Assembly: GCA_004431415.1 (NCBI GenBank)
Contig: QPMI01000003.1
Coordinates: 62,001 to 126,000 of the forward strand
DNA length: 64,000 bases
Origin: Cyanophora paradoxa CCMP329
Taxonomy: Eukaryota > Plantae > Glaucophyta
Direction of reading: 5' to 3'
Position 1 is the stretch's first letter, and each line of letters starts with the position of its first letter. Shown piece after piece: positions 10,740-21,036 of the stretch. A program made the position numbers and the translations under genes. The notes under the pieces were generated by a model. The model searched no databases, was not told the origin of the DNA, and saw nothing but the letters and a program-made list of their open reading frames with translations.

Positions 10740-13700
10740 ATGTCGCTTCTCGAGACTGGGCGTACGACACGCCCGCGGCCAATCCCGCTTGAGGTTGGGC
10801 TGCCTCTGCAGCGAATAGAGCTCACCGCGGAAGAGATCTCCGCGCGTGCCGCTCAGCGTCAGGCGGAGCAAGAAGCGCAGGCGCGTTATCCCCCCACCGC
10901 CGCGCCTGAACACACCGGCTCTCGCCGCGGCTACTGGCCGCGGATCGCATGCTCGCCCTGCGCTGACCGGACCGCCGCTGTTTCCGCACACAGAGGAAAG
11001 CTCAAGCAGAGATCCCGATCCCGCAGTTCAGCGACGTTCCTCCTGTCGATAACGAAGCCGAGCGTGGGCCGTTCGACCAGACCCAGGAGTTCTTCCGATG
11101 GAGAGGCGAGCCCCGCGGTCTTATCAAGCGTGCATCTTCGCGTGCATAGCTAAGGATCGTTCGCAGAGTCGGTACCGATCGTGGAGTACGACTACGACAG
11201 CGACGACGAGCGGTGGGTGGCCTCCAACAACAGTTCCGTGAAAAAGAAGTACCACGTCGGATTGGAACACCTCGAGATGTGCATAGACGCCCTCGAGAAA
11301 GAGAGCGGGAAGAAGGTGCACAGAGCGGTTCTTCGCGCACAGGCGGCACCTCACCCGTCGCCCTTCCAGGGCTACAATGTGGCAATCTCTCTCGCCGAGG
11401 CGTATCAGATATTTCACAAGGTTCGCCGCATCTTGGAACCCGTGGTACCCGCAGTCTAATCCCGAACGCAGCTTCAGTCGCACAAAGTGACCGACGCAAT
11501 TTACAATTACTGGACCTGGAAGCGGATGAAGCTAGGGAACAAATCCTTGTTCCGTCAGTTCCGCGTACGCTTCTTTCTTTCCCTTTCCTTCCTTTCCTTC
11601 CTGAGCGCCGCCCACGCCCACCCGCAGGCGCCGCCCGATCCGAACGATCCGAGGCCCGACGTGGCATTCCGGCCACGCAAGTGGGTTTCTGCCGACACGC
11701 CGACATCGACTGCGGGGCGCAACAGCGAGGGCCCCGCCCGCCCGCGCCGGGTGCGGCCCCTCCCCGGCCCTCCAGCCCCGCGGCTGACGCTTCGGCCGGC
11801 CAGCCGCCGCCCCAGAGGCGGGGGGAGGCAGCGCCGGCGGCGGCGGCAGCGCCAGCAGCCTCTTCCAGCTCCTCCCCGCCGGCGCCCAAGGGGACGAAGG
11901 CCCCCGGGGGGGTGCGGGAGCAGCTCTTGCGGATGAAGTACAAGCGCGGTGTACGGTGCGCCCCCCGGCACCGTCCGCCGCCGCCACCGCCGCCCGCCTC
12001 GCTGCCGGCGAGCCGCCGCGCCGCACAGGACCATCAGGCGCTCCAGGGAGTTCCTGTTCGGGCTCTACAAGACGCGCACGCTCATCGAGACGGTCATAAA
12101 GCGAGAGAAGGTGGCGCCGCCGAGCCACCGCCGCCCGGTCGCCGCGTCTCCCCGCCGACGCTCCGCGCCAGGTCAAGAAGGACCTGGTGAAGCTGAAGAG
12201 CCGGATACGGAGGCGGCAGGTGCGCCCTGCGGCAGGCGCCGCCCCCACGACCCCTCACGCCACCCCTGCAGCTCGCCTCCGCGGCCCGCCGCGCGATGTC
12301 CAGAGCCCAGTCGGCCCCATCCGTCCCGCCGCCCGCCCCCCAGCCCGCCTCCTCGTCCTCCTCCTTGGCCGCACCGCCAGAGGAGCCCATCAGAATCCGG
12401 TGCGCGCGCGCGCGCGCGCGCGCCGCTGGCGCGCTGGCGCTCACGGGGCGCTCGCGCGGGGCCAGGATCACGCGGCGGCCGACGGAGGAGGAGCTGCAGG
12501 CGACGGCGGAGCAGTCGATGGACTTCTTCCGGGACCCCTGGGGCGGCCCCCTCCCCGCCTTCGACCGCCAGGCCCCCTTCCCCGTGCGCCGTTCCGCCCC
12601 GCCCCGCCCCGCCCCGCCCCGCCCCGCCCCGCCCCGCGAGCCCTGCCGGCGCCGGCCGACGCGGCGGGCGCCGGGCGCAGCACCATCTGGACCATCTGCC
12701 CTGCGTCGAGGTGGCGCTCGTCGTGCGCCGCAGCGACCTCCTCCCCGGCGAGCGCTGGGAGCCCCTCCCGCCCTCCCTCGCCGCCCCCGTCGCCCCTCGG
12801 CCCTCGCCGCCGGCCCCTCCGAGCCGCCGGGCCGCCGGGAGCAGGCGGAGGCAGTCCGGCGCGAGTCCGCCTCGCAGCTTCGCGAGGGCTCCGCCCGCGT
12901 CGCCGCCGCGTGGGCAGCGCCCGGCGCGCCCCGCGCCTCGGGCCGCCTCGGGCGCGGCGGCGCATCATCCTCACGCGCCCCTCCCCCGCGGCCCTGGGAG
13001 GACGAACCCCGGGAGCCGCCCGCCGAGGAGCCGGTCTCTGCGGCGGCGCCGGAGCCGTACCCCCGCCTCGATCCCTCCCTCGACGCCGTCGTCTCCCGCC
13101 TCTACAGGCGCCTCGCCCCGCCGGCGCCGCCCCGCCACCCCCGCCCCCGACCCTCAAGTTCCTGCCCCCCGTCGCCCCGCCCCCTCCGCCCACCATGTGG
13201 GACCTCCTCGCGATGCCTCTACCCCCAGACCCGGACCCCGAGCCCCCGCCCCGCCCCCGTTGCTGCCGCCCGCCCCTGCCCCCGCCCGCCCCTTCCCCCG
13301 CCCTGCCCCTCCCCGCTGCTTCACAGCCGCCAGCCACGCCGGCCCGAGCGGTCGCCGCGGACCAGCCCGTGGCCCCCGCGCGGACCCTCACCCCGCCCCT
13401 GCCCGCCTTCCTCGCGCGACCCCAGCGGACGGCGCCCCCGTCGGCCCCCGCGTTCATCCTCACCCACGCCTCCGACCCCTCCCGCGACGCCTTCACCAAC
13501 TCTTTCCTCGCGGACCCGGCGCCGGCCGCCCCGCCCCGCCGGCCCCGCCGCGACCCCGCGCACGCCGGCCCGCCCCGCGACGAACGGGCACCTGCCGCAC
13601 TCGCGCAAGAGCGCGGCGGCGGCGACGCTCGCCGTCCCCGCTCCGAAGGCCGGCCCCGCCCGCAACGGCCTCTCCCGGAAGCGCCCTCGGAGCGCCCACG

Positions 13701-13753
13701 CCTCGCCCCCGTTCCGGGACGGCGGCCATGGCGGCGACGTCGACCCCGGATGA
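10740..13753 (+). CDS. Enhancer of polycomb-like protein (EPC/Epl1, NuA4 complex)
   Basis: N-terminal RPRPI; EYDYDSDDERWV; LEMCIDALEKE; AIYNYWTWKR...PDPNDPRPDVAFRPR; TRTLIETVIKREKVK. Pro-rich low-complexity C-terminus; the stop codon is approximate. Confidence 0.85.
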
Positions 13754-15733
13754 CTGGTCGCCCGCCCGCCCTCCATTCGTCTCTTTCGATCCTTTTCGCG
13801 ACGTCGGCGCAATACGTTCTAGATCCTGCCCTCGTACAGTTTTACCCGCATATACCATTTCTTTGATCATGCAAGCTCGAAATGAAACGCAGTATGATGA
13901 ACGGACTCCGCGCGCGTGCGCAAAGTTCGCCGCGCCTACCTTAGCTATAGTACTCCGGGGCCATGCAGCGCGCCACTGGCCATGGGCCACCATGATCATT
14001 AATATCAACACACGCGCACAAACCTTTCGAAGTTCTCGAGCCCTCGGAGCTCGCAGCCTGGCCATGGCAGAGTCGAATTCGGGGCCGGGCGCCGGGCCCC
14101 TCGATTTCTCAGAGTCACTGAGTCTCGAGCTCCTGCTCAGTAGTAGATTATCCCATGTTCCCCCTGGAAGAAAAACTTGAAAGCAGTTTAGTACTACGGC
14201 AGACTCAAACTGCCAGCATTTTAGGCACTGCGAACAGTCAAACTCACTGAGTGGAGTTCAATGCAAGGGTGGTCGAGCCTGGCTGCCAACAGTCGTGCCA
14301 GCATGTCCGACGGTCTGGTAAGTGGGGAACTTGTGAATTGCAGGCCAATGGAAGATTTGTCCATCTCATTGATATACTCAATGCGATATGCACTTGAAGG
14401 CTGCCAGTGCTGCCTTGACTCACTGTGGTCACTGAGATGGGTTCAACAGGACAAGGAAAAGTCACTGAGTGACGTGTGACTCTGTGACTTTTAGAAAAAA
14501 CCAGTGGCAGCCGCTGCTCTTGCCAGTGAGCTTGGAAGTACGTGGCAGTAGGATCTGCCACAGAGTGGAGTTTCGAGGCTCAAATTGTGTATCCGGCTGT
14601 CATTTCAATGGAAAGTCCCTTTATCTTCTCTTTTTTTCTTTCTCAAATGCTGTGGTGCACTTGACTGTTCAGTGCCGGTTCAGTTAAAACTTGAAACTTT
14701 GAGCATGAATTCGAAACACTTCTGCAGAAGCATGTTTTTGCAATTGATCATGATGCCTGGGCCAAGCTTAAGCTTCTTATAACCAAGTGCTTCCTCTCGG
14801 CCAACATTAAACAACAATTGCAAGTACAAGCAAGTGTTTTTTGAAGATTATCTTCTCAGAGTGTTGTTGTGAATGAAAATGTTCATTGGAATATCAATCT
14901 GAAGATTAATCCAAAGCCTGAAGCATGCCTTCTGCTGTGCCTTATTTGCAATTGTTGCTTGTGTAATTATAATTATGATTCCGATATCATAGTATGATGA
15001 TGACCGATCATGATGTCCAGGTCGAGCTTGACCATGATCGTGAACAAGTGTTCAACGGTGCAACGGTTTCCTCCCAGCCAACAGAAAACAAGAAGCGCTA
15101 GCACAACGAAGTGCTTTCAAGTTTTCCAAATCAAAACATCATATCAAACCTAATATTCATTTGTTCATTCTTTCTAGATATATATAGTTATTCAAATGAT
15201 TAAGGTCATTTCAAGTTTTCTGAATAATTCTGGGGGGGTGCGGGGGGGCGGAGCCCCCCTGCTTGTTCGAATTTCCCTACTATAGCTAGGCTACTCGCGC
15301 GCGATGCAGCGCCGCGGCGCGCTCCAACGCACGTACCCGGTACCTTCCGGGATTCGATGATCCGAATTCGAATTCGAAGCCCTGAGGCCCTGAGGTCCTG
15401 GGTCGGGGCCCCGGGGTTCGGGAGGTCGTACACACGCACCGTCGTCGTGATGCTTCACCTCTGCTTCAAGAACTGGCAGCGCCGCTACCGTGCCGCCGGT
15501 GTCGGCCCGCGGGCGGCTGGCAGCTGCGCATGCATATGCCGGAACGGCCGGCGCCGAGGCGATATCGATTATTTACGATGAAAACATACGCACTGCGGCA
15601 CGAAAAAAAGGGGCCTATGTACAAGCTACAACACGGGGCGGGGGCGCCGTGACGGGGACGGGGCGGAGAGAGGGGGGGGGGTAGAGGGCATGAGGAGGAG
15701 AGCTAAGAGGGGCGGGGGGCTAGGGCGGGGCGG

Positions 15734-18223
15734 CTAGCCGAAGATGGACTTGGCGTAGCGGATGCCGATGAGGTAGGCGATCTCCTCGAGCTGGACGAGG
15801 GCCGCCTCGAGGTCCTTGAGCTCGTGCGCCGCCGAGATGCAGAAGCGGACGCGGGACTTGAGGATGGGCGTCGCGGGGAAGCCCACGACGACCACCGCCA
15901 GGTTCCGCTCCAGGCAGAGCCGCGAGAAGGAGGAGATCTTCGAGGGGTTGTAGAGCATCACGGGGATGACCGGCGAGTCCTCGTCGCCGTACACCTCGCA
16001 GCCCATTTCCTTAAGGCCCCGCCGGAAGAAGTTGGCGTTCTCCCGCAGCTTCGCCAGCTTCGTCGCCCCTGCGCGCCCACCCGCTCAGACGAAGGAAGGA
16101 GGAGAAAAGGAGAGGGAAAGCGGGGGGCGGGGGCGGGGGCGCGGGGCGGGGGCGCGCACCGAGGTCGGTGCCGTCCTCGCCGAGGAGGATGGTGATGGCC
16201 GTGATGATCTGCTGGCAGACGGGCGGCGACATGGAAGAGGCGTAGAGGTACCCCGGGCACGTCCGCTTCAGGTGCTCGATCAGCTCCGGCGAGCCGGCGA
16301 TGTACCCGCCCGCCGCCCCGAACGACTTGGTGAACGTCCCCATCTGCCCTGGCGTCAAGCCGCGCCCGCCCGCCCGAGGCCGGCGGCGGGAGGGGCACCA
16401 TGATGTCGACGTCGGCGGTGTCGACGCCGAGATGCTCGCAGACGCCGCGTCCGTGCGCGCCGAGCGCCCCGATGCTGTGCGCCTCGTCCAGGTAGAGGTA
16501 CGCCTGCCGGCCCCGCCCCCGCCGCGTCGGCCACCCAGCCTCGCCCCCCGCTCCGCCCATTGCCCGCACCTTGTACTTCTTGCAGACGGCCGCGATCTCC
16601 TTCAGCTTGCAGATCTCGCCCTCCATCGAGTAAATCCCTGCGGGCCGCGCCGTGCTCGCATTACGAGGGCGCGGGGGGCGCTCCTTGGGTGGGGAGGGGA
16701 GCCGGACGGACCCTCGACGATGACGAGGATCTTGGTCCAGGGGCGGTGCGTCCGGGGCTGGCCCGAGGCGATCGACTCGCGCAGGCACTGCTCCAGGTGA
16801 CCCGCGTCTGGGGGAAGGAAGAGGGGGTTCGGGGAAGGGTCCGAAAGGAAAAGGAAGCCGCGCGGAGATGCCCACCGTTGTGGTTGAAGATCTGCGTGGC
16901 CCGTCAGGTCGCCCGTGGCAGAAGGAGTGCGGGCGGCGCGGACCCTGACTTTGGCGCCCGAGAGGCGTGCGCCGGTCACGATGCTCGTGTGGTTGAGGGC
17001 GTCGGAGAGGATCAGGCCGCCCTTGGAGATGAGCGCCGGGATGACCGTCGAGTTGGTGGCGAAGCCCATGCCCAGCACGAGGGCGGACGGCTGCCCGCGT
17101 GGGCTCAGCCGGCGCGCTCGACCGCGCCGGCAGCCGCCTGCGCACCTTCCCGACGAAGCGCGCGACGAGCTTCTCCATACGCTCGTGGATCTCCGTGTGG
17201 CCTGGCGGCCAAAAGTCAGCGGCGCGAACGACCCCGTGGCCGCGAGCCCGCACCCGCTTGCATGTTGGCGCTGCACGTCGAAGCCGAGTACTTTTGAAGG
17301 GACTCGATGACTTCCTGCGCGCGCCCGGGCGTTGGCGCATTCCGGCGCAAGTGCGTCGGCGGCGTGCGCACCTCCTTGACGCGGGGCGAGACTTCCGCAA
17401 AGCCGAGGTAGTTGTACGAGCCCAGATTCAAGCAGGAGACGGTCTCCTTGGAGACCCTGATGCGCCCGGTCAGTGGCTCAGCGGGGACGGCCGCGCACGC
17501 GCTAGCACGGCCGTGCGCACTTGATGGACTCCCCCTCGTCAGCGAATTTCCGCTTCATAATCTGAATGTGTGCGCCAGCCGCGCTTGCGATAGGGCGATT
17601 GAAGCAGTCGTGGACCCGGCGGTACAACCGCCGCGTGTAGAAGTCGTCGAAGTCGCTGAGCAGCGGCGTGAAACCCTGAGCGCGAGAAACGTCAAGCTGA
17701 GCTCATGCTCCGGGCGAGACGGGCAGCGGACCGGCTGCGGTGGTGACGAGCCGAGGCACGCGCGTAGCACATCAGTGGCGGGAGCAGGAGCATGTCGTCA
17801 GCGCGGCGCACCGGCGTGCTACTGTCCTTCTTCTTGCGACCCGTTATCCTTTGTAGGATGTCTCGCACATGCCCGAAGGCGACGATTGTGCCAAAGCCCC
17901 AGTACGTTGAGAGCGCCGTGAACCTGCGCGGAGCGCTCAGCGGCGGGACCGCGCGGAGGCGGCCAGTGCGTGCGCGACGCCCTCAGGTGCCCGGCACGAA
18001 CCAACTCATGCCTGCGGATTTGGTCAGTTTGGCGCGACAGCGCACGGACTCGTAGCGCACCCAGTTCCTTCTCCGCCTCATCCTTTGGCTCCGCGTGCTG
18101 TTTCCTCTCCTCCTTCTTTATTGCTTTGCTCTTCGCATCTATTGCTAGCTTCTGGTCCAACGCCTCCTCCTTCTTCGCCAGCGCATCCTCCTTCACACGC
18201 GACGCTTTCTGGCCTTTTCCCAT
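15734..18223 (-). CDS. LCB2: Serine palmitoyltransferase, long-chain-base subunit 2
   Basis: [69 protein letters not shown]-lysine motif [30 protein letters not shown]. Confidence 0.96.
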
Positions 18224-18444
18224 GGCTACACAACGATTAGCAACGCCAGGAACTACTGCGCCGCGGGTCTGTTGCCGCCACCAAACACGAGAAGGATCGC
18301 GTACCCCGGCCAAACAGCGCTGAGCGGCTGAGCGCTGGAAGCGCTCTAGCTCACGTAAGCGACAGACAAGAGCATTTCTTAGCGGCCTCAGGGCATCTCG
18401 AGCCACCCCCTCGGCCCTGGCCCGGCCCTTGCACCGACAGCTGG

Positions 18445-20249
18445 ATGTCCACCGACATTGTACGCTCGCTGCTCTCGGAGGGTTCCGCCGTCATTCGTGC
18501 GACCTGCAGGGAACGCCTCGCAACAGCCCACAGGTGCGCTGCCGACCCACCTCTTTCGACCGTTGAGCTGCCAGCACCCCCGCCGCTTCTGCTCTCCTCG
18601 GGCGGCTAGCGCGTCTCTGAGCGTAAACCAGGCTATTGGAAAGCGGGATCGATCTGCAAAGCGAGCAGCACATCGCCCAGCAGGAGAAGGAGAACGATTC
18701 CACGCCGTACGAGAACACCTCGCGGAAGGTCCGGAGCGAAATCTAGACGTTTCATTAGCCTCGTTGGTATCTAGCTTGATCGATGCTCACGCCTTCTGTT
18801 GTCCTCCGGGCGCGCAGGAGTACCTGTCGAGAATCAAGAACGAGTTTATTGCCGCTTGTGTGAAGCGCGACGTGCTGCAGCAGATTAAAGGCAACCGCCA
18901 GCTGGAAGATGCTACTGCGGACTCAAAGGCACTCGAGGTCCTGGCCGGCCAGGCGAAGCAGGAGGTGCAGGGTCTTCGTCAGGAGAACGAGGGCCTCCGC
19001 GCGGACATCCTGGAGCTGGCGTCAGGCCTTGCAGGATCGCTACACGAGCTTGAGGAAGAGGAGCGACAACTTCGAGAAGAGATCGCGCAGCTCGAGTCGG
19101 ACGTACGCGCCCGCCGCCGCCGGCGGGGAACACTCTCCGGCTAACCAGCGCCCGCAGCTGGTGGACAGTCCAGGAGAAGCGGAGGTCGGGCGCCTGTCGG
19201 AGAGCGCGCGCTCCAGCGTGCGTGGCGTGATCCTCGCAAATCACTTCTAGCGTTGTTATTTTTTTTGCCTGGCACACGTGCGTAGCGCCGTCTGGGAAGG
19301 CCTCGTGCCGATGCCCGGCCGGGCTTTCCAAGTGTGCGAGAAGAATCCCGCCGCCTTCGAGCGGTTTCTGGCACTTTAGTTCTCGGCTATCGCGATTGTT
19401 CCTGTTGCAAATGACCTCGCGACTGCCGCTACCAGTGTGCCAGACATTCTCCCGTGCCGCGTCTCTGATTTCGCTAACCTCCCCGCCCTCTTCAATGCTT
19501 CCCATCCCTTTCCTTGCCGTTTCAAGCTTCAAACTCTCTCCCCGGGCCCCGGACTCACGCGGAGTCGCGCAGGAGTCAAGGCGGCAGGCGCTGGAGGCGG
19601 AGCGGGACGAGCTGCGGGCGCGCTGCGACGCGGCGTGCAACGACATGCTCGCCGCCGAGGAAGAGGCCCTCGCCCTCCGGTTCGCCCCCCGCCGGCCTCG
19701 CCGGCCCCGCGGCGAACGCCGGGCCGCCGCAGGGAGGAGCTGGCACGGCTGGCCAGCGCCCGCGCGGGGGGCCTGCGGGGTCGGGAGGCGGGCGACGCGG
19801 TCATTGCCGAGTCCCCCGCGCTGCGGGACGCGTACGAATGGTGCGCGCCCCGCTGTCCTGCTCTGCGGCGCCGACCGCGGAACGATCCCGCGGGCGCAGG
19901 TACAGCTCGGTGATCGGGACGCTGGAGTCCCTCACGGGCGTCGCCGTCGAGTCGTACGACGTGGGCGCGTCGCGTCTGGTCGTGCGCGTCGCGGACCACA
20001 TGCTCGCGTGCACGTTCCGACCCGGCTTGGACGAGGTGGAGGCCCTCGAGGTACGCCCCGAGGACATGCACGCCTGCTGTGATTCTGCTCGGTTCGAATT
20101 CCAGAGACCGCATCGTGACGCTCGGCCCCGCGCAGATCGAGCCTTCGGACGTCGCCACTGGCGAGATTTTCCACCACCAGCTCCCCGTCATTATCTCCAG
20201 ATTGAGGCGCCGCTTGGCCGATCGCGCTTGCGACCCAATGTTGCTGTAG
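18445..20249 (+). CDS. Coiled-coil protein with a C-terminal RWD-like segment; probable Zwint-1/Kre28/Sos7-like kinetochore protein
   Basis: EYLSRIKNEFIAACVKRDVLQQI followed by a heptad coiled coil, then W-Y and a beta-rich C-terminal segment (SLTGVAVESY...LVVRV...FRP...IEPSDV). The resemblance to Sos7/Kre28 is by eye only. Confidence 0.45.
19270..19449 (+). ncRNA. Candidate intronic box H/ACA RNA (snoRNA/scaRNA)
   Basis: 5' hairpin (gcacac 19272-77 / gtgtgc 19332-37); H box AGAAGA 19339-44; short hairpin 19350-65; 3' hairpin (ctggcac 19368-74 / gtgccag 19437-43; upper stem cggc/gccg plus tcgcga/tcgcga); ACA 19444-46. Lies inside a 388-nt intron (19185-19572). Confidence 0.6.
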
Positions 20250-20411
20250 CAATTATACAATAAGTTCAATCTCGGCAAGTACGCGTATTTCCAGCAAATT
20301 GCGACGTGAGGACTGAGGGACCCTAATTGAATCTAGTGGAATGAGAGCAGAGGGGGACGAAGACTAAAAGTGAGAAGGGGCGACCACGGGGCGGACGAGG
20401 GGCAGGACGCG

Positions 20412-20982
20412 CTATAAGCCGTGGCCGTGGGGGCGGGAGCCGGGGGCCGGCTGTGAGGGGGCGCCCCACGCGGCGCCGAGGTGCGAGCTGGGAGCGCCAG
20501 GGCGGTAGGGGGCCTGCCCTGCGGCTGCTGCGCGTGAGAGCATTGCTCCCACGTGCTCCCAGGCTTCGGGCGGCAGGCCGGCGCCGGCGGAGAGGGCCGT
20601 TTGGGCGAAGCCGGCGTAGCCGCCGGAGACGGGCGGCTGCGACGTGATCGAGGTGGCTGCCCCGAACTGCGCGTCGTAGAGGCCTGCGGAGCGCGAGCCG
20701 CCGGCCAGGCCGGACGACGAGGAGCCCGTGGGGTTCCCGTTCTCGTCCCGTGGTGAGTCCAGGAAGAGCCCGCCGTAGCTCCCGCTCCCGCTCGCCTGCC
20801 CTGCCGCCGCCCCGCGCTGCCCCGCCTGCCCGTGCCCGTGGGAAGAGTGCGCCTGCGCCTGCGCCTGGTGCGCGTGGGGGGCGTGCGCCTGGCCCACCAG
20901 CGACGACGACGCCTGAGGCTGGCCCCTCCCCCCGCTGGACTGCGGCTGCGCTTGCGGGCGCTGGTGCTGGTGCTGCTGCTGG

Positions 20983-21036
<54 letters not shown>

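Noticed and set aside
13890-15030. ATGATGA motifs (13894, 14994) as C boxes of C/D snoRNAs
   Set aside because: No suitably placed D box with a terminal stem or recognisable rRNA antisense element.
15230-15290. GC hairpin as a Helitron 3' end
   Set aside because: No CTRR terminus at the expected ~10-12 nt spacing and no identifiable 5' TC end. Kept only as context for the CpG-poor island.
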